Below are positions 16,900-26,302 of a stretch of DNA of 31,948 nucleotides, in pieces (the stretch's first letter is position 1; the number at the start of each line of letters is the position of its first letter). Under the pieces are notes generated by a model, which worked only from the letters and a program-made list of their open reading frames with translations, made no database searches and was not told where the DNA came from. The stretch lies in IMG/VR virus record IMGVR_UViG_3300005805_006431, positions 1-31,948 of that record; one strand, written 5' to 3'. The position numbers and the translations under genes are program-made. The stretch comes from a virus (lineage: Duplodnaviria > Caudoviricetes).

Positions 16900-19206
16900 T
16901 TAGTGTCCGTCTCTTAAGTTATGTGCCAGTGCTGGAGGTGCTACAAGTTCTAGTGATAACTGTGTAGTATTCTCCATACAGTCCTGCACTATTTTTGAAG
17001 CCTCCTCAGACTTACTCTCCTCTACTTCCATCACCAATTGGTCATGGATCTGTGCAATCACTTGGCCTTTTATTCCGTTTTTCTTGAACTCACGATTGAT
17101 TGCTATAGCTGCACGATTTACAATAGATGCTGCTAAGCTTTGAATCTGATAGTTCATTCCGTTGTTCAATCCGTTCTTATAATCTCTCACCATATTCAAT
17201 ATCACGTCTTTATCCAAATGAGCTTCCAATTTCTTTTGGAACTCCCATTCAAGTAGAGAATCTCCGAATTTATTGTAAAGATACTTAACTTTTGGTAAAT
17301 GACGAATTCTTCCTACCTGAGTTTTTATATACCCATTTTTCTTTACAAATACTTTGGAATCCTCCATCCACTTCTTTAAATTAGGAAATCCATTCAGGTA
17401 TCCGTCTATAAGCTTTTGCGCTTCTTTTGTAGACACCTCAATACTCTTTCCCAGTGCATAGGCTCCCATGCCATAGGGAATACCCAAAGAATATGCCTTG
17501 GCTTTCTGCCTGACATTATTGGCCATCTTTTTAAGATAGTTAGGAGCTTTCTTATCTGGAGAATATTGATCTAGCTTTTCTGTCTTGATAGCAATAGTAG
17601 AGTAGAAATCCCAACCATTTCTAAAGATGTCTTTGAGCCCCTCATCATTGGCTACGTGTGAGAATACTTTGGGTTCAAGAGATTCGTAGTCACAATCTAT
17701 GAAGATATTACCAGGTTTGGATATAAAGAATCCACGAATCATATTGGTATATTTTATCACAATAGGATCCTCTTCTCCATCTTCTTTTGGTCTCGGTAAT
17801 TGTTGCGCATCTGAACCGTATCTACCTGACACCGTGGCATGCTGCTTATAGTAAAAGTAGTACATACTGTCTTCTACCTTATCTATAAATCTATCCATGT
17901 AGGTAGATTTGATCTTAAGTAGTTTATTGTAGATACGTAAATTCTTAGCCCATTCGTACTTATCCGCAATAGATTGTATAAAATCATCATCAAACTTATC
18001 CTTGCCTTTATCCGTAGCTGATAGTGGCTTTAATCCAAGAACAGTGAACGCTATGCTACCCAAGTGGTCTTTCGATTGGATATTGAAAAATTGCCCTTCT
18101 TGACTCTCTTTCCAAAGCCTCATGCTGATTTTCATTATGATATCGGAATCGAGTAACATAGCGTCACCTGTCTTGAAAAACTCTTTAACGGGGCCTTCCT
18201 CTAGCAGTGCTAAAGATGCAGCAGATATCTTATACTTACCTGTCTTTTCTGATATAGGTAAATTGTATTTATACTCTTTTACAATCTCTTGTGCATAGTT
18301 TCCTTTATGGCTAGGAGGAAATGTTTCCAATGCTTTGTCTATAACCCACTCTTTTACTTTTGGATTCTGTAGAAGTTCTTTGATTACTATGCTCCTGTAT
18401 TTGTTTAGATCTTCTATGATCTCTTCTCTTGATTTAAGCATGAGGGGCATATCAATCATCACACCGTTACTCTCCATAGGTATAGTGACTTCCTTGTATA
18501 AAGGCATCACTTCATCTTCAAAGAAGAACTTCTCTAATCCTTCAGTCTTTAGTGTTTTTATGTAGTAGTTGTAAACACGTAGAGTAAGATCAGTATCTGC
18601 ACAAGCATATTTTGATAGGATGGGCATATCTGCTTTCCATATCTCGTAGTTCTCTTTTGTGGTTGTACCACCATTAGCTTTTATAGATTCTTTCAGTAAC
18701 ACCTGCTCTTCATTGGCTTCCTTCTCCATATCTAATCCCAAGTGTTCCTGTATTGCTACTGCTATATCTTTCAATGCAAAAGATCCTCCGAATCCTTCAC
18801 CTGCTCCTTCTTCTGATACTGTGTGTACTAATAGAAGTGTATCTGCGTATATACTGGGCACTATATCCACGCCATAGAATTCTTTTACGAATCTAGAATC
18901 GAATGACAAGTTATGCCCTATGATTTTTTTATTGAGTAAAAGAGTGATTACTTTTTTTGCAAGATCGTGACAAGATTCTCCCATGATAGTACTGTCTACA
19001 AGCTCTCCATCTTTCATTATCATGGTTGGCATGTAGTATCCTACTCCTACTTCTCCTGATACGGATAGTCCTATTATCTTACCTGTTCTGGGATTAAGCG
19101 ATGTAGTCTCTGTATCAAATGCAATTAACTCATTGCTTTTAATATGAGACACCATCTCTCTCAACGTCTCCGGAGTATCTACCGTGACGTATCTTTTTTC
19201 CTGCAT
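16900..19206 (-). CDS. polA: Family A DNA polymerase with 3'-5' exonuclease (no 5'-3' exonuclease domain)
   Basis: ExoI AFDTETT, ExoII GHNLSFD, ExoIII YACAD; TVSGR; motif A DYESLEPK; motif B RQKAKAYSLGIPYG; NYQIQS; motif C QIHDQ. Confidence 0.93.
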   Translation of the reverse strand: MQEKRYVTVDTPETLREMVSHIKSNELIAFDTETTSLNPRTGKIIGLSVSGEVGVGYYMPTMIMKDGELVDSTIMGESCHDLAKKVITLLLNKKIIGHNLSFDSRFVKEFYGVDIVPSIYADTLLLVHTVSEEGAGEGFGGSFALKDIAVAIQEHLGLDMEKEANEEQVLLKESIKANGGTTTKENYEIWKADMPILSKYACADTDLTLRVYNYYIKTLKTEGLEKFFFEDEVMPLYKEVTIPMESNGVMIDMPLMLKSREEIIEDLNKYRSIVIKELLQNPKVKEWVIDKALETFPPSHKGNYAQEIVKEYKYNLPISEKTGKYKISAASLALLEEGPVKEFFKTGDAMLLDSDIIMKISMRLWKESQEGQFFNIQSKDHLGSIAFTVLGLKPLSATDKGKDKFDDDFIQSIADKYEWAKNLRIYNKLLKIKSTYMDRFIDKVEDSMYYFYYKQHATVSGRYGSDAQQLPRPKEDGEEDPIVIKYTNMIRGFFISKPGNIFIDCDYESLEPKVFSHVANDEGLKDIFRNGWDFYSTIAIKTEKLDQYSPDKKAPNYLKKMANNVRQKAKAYSLGIPYGMGAYALGKSIEVSTKEAQKLIDGYLNGFPNLKKWMEDSKVFVKKNGYIKTQVGRIRHLPKVKYLYNKFGDSLLEWEFQKKLEAHLDKDVILNMVRDYKNGLNNGMNYQIQSLAASIVNRAAIAINREFKKNGIKGQVIAQIHDQLVMEVEESKSEEASKIVQDCMENTTQLSLELVAPPALAHNLRDGH

Positions 19207-19211
19207 AACCT

Positions 19212-19898
19212 TTATTTTGTAGAGAGTCTCAGATATATAGCAGGTATACTTTTAATTACTTCACCATCAAAAATGACATCGTAATTGTGCATATATCCTT
19301 TACCGTATACGTGAGTCTCTTTTATTATATCTTTAACGATTCCTTTTTTGCCTACGTAGTCTTTCAAATATATGTTTAATATTGCAGACTCTCTCAATTC
19401 AACTGGTGTGTCTACATCAAAATAAGCAAATCTATCTTTGTCATTGTACACTTCTCCTACACCAGTGCTTCCAAATCCACCTTCTCCTCTATCTGTTTGT
19501 GATAGCTCATTCTCTTCATAGAACACAGCAGGTAGTGGAAGTTTCATTAATACTCCTTGCGCTATTCTATCTCCAGTAGAGTATGTGAATATATCAGTGC
19601 CATGATTAATAAGAAGAACTTTAATCTCTCCTCTGTAATCAGAATCTATAGTTCCTGGTGAGTTGAGTACTGTGATTGAATGCTTTAGAGCCAATCCGCT
19701 TCTTGGTCTGATTTGAAGTTCATACCCTTTTGGTAATTCCATCGCAAGACCCGTACCTATTAACTTAGATTTACCGCTTTCGATTGATCCACCTTCTGTG
19801 CATCTTAAATCAAATCCTGCGGCTTGTTCTGTTTCGTATTTAGGTAGTAATGCGTTTTGGTTTAGTCTCTTTACTTTTATCGTAGGTAGCTTTTCCAT
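19212..19898 (-). CDS. dut: Trimeric-type dUTPase with ~80-aa C-terminal extension
   Basis: AAGFDL, RPRSGLA, GTIDSDYRGEI, GDRIAQ, RGEGGFGSTG, followed by an extra domain. Confidence 0.93.
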   Translation of the reverse strand: MEKLPTIKVKRLNQNALLPKYETEQAAGFDLRCTEGGSIESGKSKLIGTGLAMELPKGYELQIRPRSGLALKHSITVLNSPGTIDSDYRGEIKVLLINHGTDIFTYSTGDRIAQGVLMKLPLPAVFYEENELSQTDRGEGGFGSTGVGEVYNDKDRFAYFDVDTPVELRESAILNIYLKDYVGKKGIVKDIIKETHVYGKGYMHNYDVIFDGEVIKSIPAIYLRLSTK

Positions 19899-20131
19899 TA
19901 TTCATCTTCAATGTTAACAAGAAGTGCTTCTTCTATAATCTCTGATCCTTCATCTCCTGATTGTACTTCAATGAATCTATCTTTAGAAAAACAGTTATAC
20001 GGAGAAGGCGGTTGTACTTCGTATAGGAGTACATGTCCTGATTCTTTTACTTGGGCTATAGTGTAATAGTTACCTTCTTCTAAGATTCCTGTGAATCCTC
20101 TAACACATTTTACAATTCCATTTGCTTGCAT
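19898..20131 (-). CDS. Small hypothetical protein
   Basis: 77 aa, AAAAGGTTATG start context, 1-nt stop/start overlap with dut. Confidence 0.65.
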   Translation of the reverse strand: MQANGIVKCVRGFTGILEEGNYYTIAQVKESGHVLLYEVQPPSPYNCFSKDRFIEVQSGDEGSEIIEEALLVNIEDE

Positions 20132-20137
20132 AACCTT

Positions 20138-20344
20138 TTATTTTGTTTTTTTAATTTCGTTTTCTGCTTTACCTATTCTGGTTTCTATTTCGTCTAGTGT
20201 TTCTTTTATGCTGCTGATTATAGCATTCATCATGATTGCATTCTTTAAAAATTCTGTATTAATATCTTTCTGTCTTTGGTGTACATAAAACAAGAAAGCC
20301 ATTCCAATTAGATTGAGAAAAATGAGTATTGCATATACAAGCAT
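20138..20344 (-). CDS. Small membrane-anchored coiled-coil protein
   Basis: N-terminal hydrophobic helix (LVYAILIFLNLIGMAFLFYV) and heptad-like C-terminus, directly downstream of a promoter. Confidence 0.65.
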   Translation of the reverse strand: MLVYAILIFLNLIGMAFLFYVHQRQKDINTEFLKNAIMMNAIISSIKETLDEIETRIGKAENEIKKTK

Positions 20345-20358
20345 AAAAAGAATTTTAA

Positions 20359-20390
20359 CAAATATAATTACCTATTCTTTATTTTCCAAA
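20359..20390 (-). promoter_or_regulatory. Bacteroidota primary-sigma promoter
   Basis: TTTG (20390-20387), 20-nt spacer, TATATTTG (20366-20359). Confidence 0.7.
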
Positions 20391-20548
20391 ATTTCATTTC
20401 CACGTTTTGGTGGTTTGGTATAAGGACAGTGTTTACACTTATTTCCGCAGCAATATCCCCTACGTGTTAAATAGAGGGCAGTAAATACTATGAGCCCGGT
20501 ATTCTCATCTATGTAGTAATCTACGCCCTCTTCTAACTTCTTCTTCAT
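20372..20548 (-). CDS. DUF5522-like small Cys-rich protein (58 aa)
   Basis: Not in the track. MKKKLEEGVDYYIDENTGLIVFTALYLTRRGYCCGNKCKHCPYTKPPKRGNEILENKE*. The RGYCCGxxCxHCPY signature is present. Confidence 0.8.
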   Translation of the reverse strand: MKKKLEEGVDYYIDENTGLIVFTALYLTRRGYCCGNKCKHCPYTKPPKRGNEILENKE

Positions 20549-20550
20549 CT

Positions 20551-20820
20551 TTACACCAGCAATGCTCTATCAATAGAATTTTTATAGGAGATGATAGGTT
20601 TAGATCCTACCAATTTCTCTATAAGCATTCCGTCCTTTTCAATGACTACGTTAGGTACAGAAGTGATTCCATACTTTACAGCTTGGTCTGGGTAATTGTC
20701 GACATCATATTCTATGAATTGTACGCCTGACGGAAACTCAGATTTCATCTGTTCAAATGCTGGGGCTAACATTCTGCATGGTCCACACCACTCTGCTGAA
20801 AATTTTATTACAGTTACCAT
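20551..20820 (-). CDS. trxA: Thioredoxin
   Basis: FSAEWCGPC active site and cis-Pro loop SVP. Confidence 0.93.
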   Translation of the reverse strand: MVTVIKFSAEWCGPCRMLAPAFEQMKSEFPSGVQFIEYDVDNYPDQAVKYGITSVPNVVIEKDGMLIEKLVGSKPIISYKNSIDRALLV

Positions 20821-20830
20821 ATTATATATT

Positions 20831-22681
20831 TTATTCTACTGCACAAGCACCACCTGCACAGGCAGCAATTGCACCAAAGTTTACAGTATCATCATCTTCG
20901 ATGACGTTAGTCAAATCAATAGAATGCAAGTGAGACACTCTCTCTTCATATTGTTCTTTAGTAATATCCTCGAAAGGAGCTTGTGCGTAGCTACCTCCCC
21001 AATAAGGAAGTACAGAAAGACCATTATAGTGTTGGCGATTATCCCACATCCACTCTCCTACTTCTTCCCATTCATTCTCCTTGATAGATACAGTAGCAGA
21101 TACGTTGTGCGTATTGTAACCGTTTCTATGCCCACTCTTGATCCAGTTTACAGAGAAGTGCTTAACACGCTCTAATAGTTCAATAGGCGACTCTGTTCTC
21201 ATGATAGAACCTTCTGGGGCTTTGATAGGAATACGAACACACAATGTGTCATGTGAACGCAATACATCGTCCTCACATAGTTCTGGGTGCTTCTCCATCA
21301 AGTACTTTGCAATATCCTCTGACTTGTTAAATCTAACTGTTCTGAGGTAGTATTCATTGTGCCATGCATGGATACCAGAAGATGTACCAAGTACACATGA
21401 TGTGGTTCCAGATGGTTTGATACAAGTTACACGAGCTGCTTTGTTAATGCCAATCTCTTCAGAATAATATGCGTTTACTTCTTTAGCCAAATCAGCAGCT
21501 TTTTTAAGATCATATTTAAGGATCTCACCGCTACCAATTCCTGTCATACCGATACCCAATAGCGCATCCTTTTCAGTGGTCTTTTGCCAAACAGAACGGA
21601 GATAGTGGAAATCAGTGAAAGATGCTTGTAGTGTTCCAAAGAATGCAGCTACCCTTACACGTTCCATCAAATCATCTTCGTCTTTTACATCTGATACATT
21701 CACCTCACAAAGGTTACAGAACTGGTATGGACGGAGTGCAATCTCACAGCATGGGTTAGTTCCCCACTCCGGATTCTTTGTCCAATAAAAACCAGGCTCT
21801 CCAGAGTTACTTAATTCAATCTTCTTCCACAGTGCTTTGAATTGTTCTTCAGTGATTTGTCCACGTTCAAGAACTGCTGAGTTGTTTGCACGACCACGCT
21901 GTTCGTTTAGTTCCCACCAGTTACCGAATTTACAGGTAAGCATATCTTCATCATCATGGCTGAATAGTGCAATCATAGCAGCTCTACGGATACCTCCTGA
22001 CAACACGCTATTTGCAATGTGACACATGATATCGTGTACTTCTAATGTAGACAATCTTTCACCATTCTGCTTACGATCTAGTACCGCTTCTATATGGAAT
22101 AAACATGTCTTAAGTGGCTCAGGACCAGGAGCTTTACCCCCTGCTGTTACAAGTCTTGCACCTTTGGCTCTGATATCACGGAAGTCAAACATTGGTTTTG
22201 GTCCTTTGCCAAAGTATGATTTCATCAATACTTTTACAGCATCAGCCCATCCGATAATACTATCTTGGATAAGAAATCTTTTGTGTTTAATTGGTCTGAT
22301 AATTTCTGGTAGCTTCTCAACGTGTTGAAACTGAACGGAATATCCAACACCTGTTCCTCCAAGCAATAGAAACATCGCTTCAGAGAAACTATGTAGACTA
22401 TCCATTGGAAGATAGCAACAGTTATAAATTCTTGCATTGTTTACTTCTGCTGCAACGCCTGCAAATTGCAATGCACGCATTGATGGAAGTACTTTTTTAG
22501 CACGTATAAAATCTGCGTTCTGCATGATTTCCTTTTTAAGCTTTGGAAACTTCTGCATCATCATAACTTCATACCTCGTAACAATCTCATCCCATGTCTC
22601 CCTTCTTTTTAATTCTGGAACATATTTGGCGTACTTAGAGAAAATAGTGACTTGACTTAAGATTTCTGATCCTAATTCCAT
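20831..22681 (-). CDS. nrdJ: Class II (adenosylcobalamin-dependent) ribonucleotide reductase
   Basis: LPSMR, YNC, GTGVG, GGIRRAA, GEPG, TNPCCEI, CNL, KPSGT, C-terminal CAGGAC redox pair. No ATP cone and no adjacent small subunit. Confidence 0.88.
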   Translation of the reverse strand: MELGSEILSQVTIFSKYAKYVPELKRRETWDEIVTRYEVMMMQKFPKLKKEIMQNADFIRAKKVLPSMRALQFAGVAAEVNNARIYNCCYLPMDSLHSFSEAMFLLLGGTGVGYSVQFQHVEKLPEIIRPIKHKRFLIQDSIIGWADAVKVLMKSYFGKGPKPMFDFRDIRAKGARLVTAGGKAPGPEPLKTCLFHIEAVLDRKQNGERLSTLEVHDIMCHIANSVLSGGIRRAAMIALFSHDDEDMLTCKFGNWWELNEQRGRANNSAVLERGQITEEQFKALWKKIELSNSGEPGFYWTKNPEWGTNPCCEIALRPYQFCNLCEVNVSDVKDEDDLMERVRVAAFFGTLQASFTDFHYLRSVWQKTTEKDALLGIGMTGIGSGEILKYDLKKAADLAKEVNAYYSEEIGINKAARVTCIKPSGTTSCVLGTSSGIHAWHNEYYLRTVRFNKSEDIAKYLMEKHPELCEDDVLRSHDTLCVRIPIKAPEGSIMRTESPIELLERVKHFSVNWIKSGHRNGYNTHNVSATVSIKENEWEEVGEWMWDNRQHYNGLSVLPYWGGSYAQAPFEDITKEQYEERVSHLHSIDLTNVIEDDDTVNFGAIAACAGGACAVE

Positions 22682-22747
22682 GATATATAATTTTTATAGA
22701 TTTTGAATATACACAACAGATATTTTTTGTCCAAAATTTTGGGAAGA

Positions 22748-22776
22748 CAAAAATAAATACCCGTCAAACAACCAAA
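22748..22776 (-). promoter_or_regulatory. Possible Bacteroidota-type promoter upstream of nrdJ (short spacer)
   Basis: TATTTTTG (22755-22748) with TTTG (22776-22773), but the spacer is only 17 nt. Overlaps a TATTTAT motif. Confidence 0.35.
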
Positions 22777-22828
22777 AAAAATTCAATTGCTCAGATTTTT
22801 TTTAGTCGGTTTTGTTATGCTTATTGAA

Positions 22829-24181
22829 CTAACTTTTAGTGAACTTTTTCTTTAGTGCCTGAATGTCATCTGCACTAAAATCTCCCCTTCCTCCATCTTC
22901 TTGATTTTCAGAATCTTCATCGTAAAGATCCTCAGATATATCTATATACCCCTTGTTTAAGTCAATTTTGGCAGAGTATGTCATGCCATCTGGACCTAAC
23001 CTAGATTTCATAATATGGAACCTTCCGGTACCGTTTATTTTATCTCTTCTGCGTCTGGATAATGATACACTGAAGTCTGCTATCATCATTTTCTGAAAAC
23101 TACCCGCTACCTTATCCCCTTCGATAATCTCATCCTTTGCACCCATACGGTTGATTTGGGACGGACACACGATTGGGATGTGCATATCTTTGGCCATTCC
23201 TTTAACGTCTGTATAGATGTCGTCTATCTCCTCCTTGCTTTCTTTCCTCAATTTACGAGGCTTTAAAAGGTCAGGGTAGTCTATGATTACTATATCAGGG
23301 ATAAAGTCGCTATTGGCCTCTAATTGCTTTAGATGGGATTCTATACTATCTAGGGAGGCTCTGCCTGGAGAATACTCCTTGATCACTATTTTACCCTTCA
23401 AATCCCTCACTGCCTTCTCCACTTCCTTTCTGTGGTGCTTCAGCATCTTCACTTCCACTCCCGTTAGGATAGAATCGATCTTTTTACCTACATACCTCTC
23501 ATCTAACTCTAGGGTGTAATAAACCACTTTAAAACCCATTTTAAGGCAATTTGCGGCTATGTTACACACTACGGTAGACTTTCCTATTCCTGGAGGGGCG
23601 AAGAGAAGCATGAGGTTCCCTTGGCTTATACCACCGTCTGTGATGTCATTGAAGACTTTCCAGGGGAACGGTACCTTCCTATCTTCTTCCTCTCTGAATC
23701 TGGATTCGATATCCTTGTCGTATTCGTGACCGATATTCTTCTCCATTCCTGCTTTGAGGGCATCGTCAATCATCTTTCTAATGCCTTCAAACTCACCGTT
23801 CTTTAAAAGGTCTACTGAAGATAGTAGGGCTTCTTTTAATCGCTGGTTTCTACAGAAATTGAAGAACTCCTCTTTCACATACTCCACATCATCTTGGGTG
23901 GCTATGTAGGACTGTTTAAGTTCCTCTTTTATAGATACTTGCAATACTTCATTCTTCTCCTTCTTGAGTTCTATCTTGAGAACCTCCATCGTAGGATAGG
24001 TATGATATTTTGCGTAATATTCTAGGACTGTGTTAACAATCCATTTATGTGCTGGTGATTCAAAGTAATCAGCAGTTATTACATCTGCAATATTCTGTAA
24101 GAATAGTTTATCGCTGAGGAGCGAGGAGAGTACTTTGATCTGAAACTGGTGGCCGTATTGGTTTAATTTGCTTGCTGTCAT
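22829..24181 (-). CDS. Replicative DNA helicase, DnaB / T4 gp41-like (SF4)
   Basis: Walker A APPGIGKS, YTLEL, Walker B IIDYPDLL, PSQINR, KSRLG. Confidence 0.9.
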   Translation of the reverse strand: MTASKLNQYGHQFQIKVLSSLLSDKLFLQNIADVITADYFESPAHKWIVNTVLEYYAKYHTYPTMEVLKIELKKEKNEVLQVSIKEELKQSYIATQDDVEYVKEEFFNFCRNQRLKEALLSSVDLLKNGEFEGIRKMIDDALKAGMEKNIGHEYDKDIESRFREEEDRKVPFPWKVFNDITDGGISQGNLMLLFAPPGIGKSTVVCNIAANCLKMGFKVVYYTLELDERYVGKKIDSILTGVEVKMLKHHRKEVEKAVRDLKGKIVIKEYSPGRASLDSIESHLKQLEANSDFIPDIVIIDYPDLLKPRKLRKESKEEIDDIYTDVKGMAKDMHIPIVCPSQINRMGAKDEIIEGDKVAGSFQKMMIADFSVSLSRRRRDKINGTGRFHIMKSRLGPDGMTYSAKIDLNKGYIDISEDLYDEDSENQEDGGRGDFSADDIQALKKKFTKS

Positions 24182-24188
24182 AACTCCA

Positions 24189-25226
24189 TTAATAATTATT
24201 CAAAGTAGCAAAAACATTTATCCATGTATCTAAATTCACTATCGCAGCGCCCATCTTATCGTGATGATAAAGCTTGATGAAATCTAGCTTTTTAAACGAT
24301 GGTGTTTTAGTATGGTACGCTTCGACTATTTGATTTTCAACATCTTCCATAATGTTAGGCTCTCTGATGTTCATAATCTTGTAGAAGATCTCTAACTGTT
24401 TATGAATATTCAAAACTTTTTGATACAAATGTGATTTTTTCGGAGGATTATTACAGATATCATAGATATCATTTAATGTTTTTCTCTCTTCATTAGATAG
24501 TATCTCAAAAAGCTTTACTGCACTTTTTTCTCCCATACCAACTACTCCTGGAACATTATCCGATGTATCGCCTGCTAATACTTTTAGAAGTATGAAATTA
24601 TTAGGATGCACTCCGTATTCTTGCAGCACATCTACAGTTTCATAGATCTTTTTCTTAGTAGGACTGTACAGCGACACTCTATCATTGACTAGCTGCATGA
24701 AATCATTATCAGATGACATGATATACACTTTAGCATCATCATACTCTTTATGTATTCTCCCTGATAGGAATCCTATTACGTCATCTGCTTCTAGTTTGTC
24801 AAATGACATAAGAGTTAAAGGGAGACATTTTAAGTAGTCTACTAAACGAACTAGTTGATTATACTGTGCATCATCTTCATCCGATTTATTATTAAAGGAT
24901 TTATAATTCATGATGCGCCCAGTGTCTCTAGTTCCTTTGTAACCCTGATAGAGATACTTCCTGTTTACCGACCCGCCTTCACCGTCAAAGACGATTACTA
25001 CGCGAGTCGGTGTTAACAGTTTTATCGCATGTCCCAGAGATTTGAGAAATCCTACTAGCCCTCCTACTTCATTTCCTGATAAGTTCACTCTGTCCACAAC
25101 AGCGAAGCTTCTTAAGAAAGTATTCATACCATCTATAATAAGAACTCTACTATTATGGTGTAGGCTGGTAGGCTTCTCGGTTTTATTTATACGAGAAAAT
25201 ATGTCGAGCAGTTTATCTTTATTCAT
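24189..25226 (-). CDS. 5'-3' exonuclease / flap endonuclease (Pol I N-terminal domain / T4 RNase H-like)
   Basis: LIIDGMN, VFDG, YKGTR, EADDVI, SSDNDF, GDTSDNVPGVVGMGEKSA (H3TH). Start taken at ATG 25226. Confidence 0.9.
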   Translation of the reverse strand: MNKDKLLDIFSRINKTEKPTSLHHNSRVLIIDGMNTFLRSFAVVDRVNLSGNEVGGLVGFLKSLGHAIKLLTPTRVVIVFDGEGGSVNRKYLYQGYKGTRDTGRIMNYKSFNNKSDEDDAQYNQLVRLVDYLKCLPLTLMSFDKLEADDVIGFLSGRIHKEYDDAKVYIMSSDNDFMQLVNDRVSLYSPTKKKIYETVDVLQEYGVHPNNFILLKVLAGDTSDNVPGVVGMGEKSAVKLFEILSNEERKTLNDIYDICNNPPKKSHLYQKVLNIHKQLEIFYKIMNIREPNIMEDVENQIVEAYHTKTPSFKKLDFIKLYHHDKMGAAIVNLDTWINVFATLNNY

Positions 25227-26292
25227 CACCAGAGGTGTTGTCAACTACACTACCGTTATCTTCTTCTTCGATTACATCATAATCTTCACTGCCTAGGATT
25301 CTAAGCCATTCTGATGAATGCTCCTTTTTGTATTGATCGATATACTTTTTGTCGTCATCGATGAATCCATGAGGAGTTGCAATGATTCTACCTACAGTAG
25401 TTACTCCAGTGATGTGATTTTTATCTACGGAGATCTTGGTACGTTTTGCAAACTCTACCTCTTTACCATTCTTGGTAGCTTTGATTTTATTTGTACCAGC
25501 TCCAGTAACATTACCGAATGTAACTACGAGAGTGGAATCTAGGAACATAGTGTTTCCACCTTTGTTCTTTAGCTTAGGCATCTCCATAGGCACAGATGGT
25601 TTCTCTACCCACACTTTATTTACTACAATAAGAGTGTTTGTATATGGAGAAGTTTCTTTGCGTGATCTAACGATACGTTGATTTACAAAGTTTCCAAACT
25701 GCACCGACATTGCACCTGCATTCCATTCATTGTTATTCTTATTGGACTCTACTGACATTCTACATGGAATAGATCCTACGGAATCCCAAAGGAACACTAG
25801 ATCAACAGGTAGATTACCTTTAGCCTGCTCATCTAATAGATCCATGATAAACGCTGCTACATCTTCGATGGTGCTGAGATGGTCTCTATCAACATAGATG
25901 AAATCACCTCCATAAGAAATCTCACCTGTTTCTTTATTTACTGTCTCTTCTACTTTAAAGCCCATGATCTTAGCATGGTGCCAATCCCATTTCATCTCTG
26001 TAATAATGAATACAGGAAGCTTCCCCATCTTTTGAACATTCACTGCAGCCTCAATCATTGCAGTAGTTTTTCCAGTATCACTGTGACCACGGAATGTAAT
26101 TACGTGTCCGTGAGGAATACCAGGCAGACTAATAGCATTTTGAAACGCAGGAGAAAGCGGAATCCATTCTTGTTTTTTGAAAGATACTCCTTCTGTCAAA
26201 TTCTTAGATTTTTTAAAGTTCTCTAGATTAAAGGACATACCTTTCTTAAGGGCATCTCCAACAGCACCCTTAATATTCTTTTTTTCAGACAT
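25219..26292 (-). CDS. RecA/UvsX-like recombinase
   Basis: Walker A GHSDTGKT, Walker B FLWDSVG, KGG motif, KNH. Lies between SSB and the exonuclease. Confidence 0.8.
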   Translation of the reverse strand: MSEKKNIKGAVGDALKKGMSFNLENFKKSKNLTEGVSFKKQEWIPLSPAFQNAISLPGIPHGHVITFRGHSDTGKTTAMIEAAVNVQKMGKLPVFIITEMKWDWHHAKIMGFKVEETVNKETGEISYGGDFIYVDRDHLSTIEDVAAFIMDLLDEQAKGNLPVDLVFLWDSVGSIPCRMSVESNKNNNEWNAGAMSVQFGNFVNQRIVRSRKETSPYTNTLIVVNKVWVEKPSVPMEMPKLKNKGGNTMFLDSTLVVTFGNVTGAGTNKIKATKNGKEVEFAKRTKISVDKNHITGVTTVGRIIATPHGFIDDDKKYIDQYKKEHSSEWLRILGSEDYDVIEEEDNGSVVDNTSGDE

Positions 26293-26302
26293 ATACTATG
26301 AT

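Noticed and set aside
22682-22828. Cobalamin riboswitch or NrdR box upstream of nrdJ
   Set aside because: The region is short and very AT-rich with no recognisable B12 box. ACACAACAGATATT is only a poor match to the NrdR palindrome.
1170-25244. Longer ORF-track starts at 1193, 5538, 7091 and 25244
   Set aside because: They overlap upstream genes more than needed. The downstream ATGs (1169, 5502, 7028, 25226) give short coupled overlaps and plausible N-termini.
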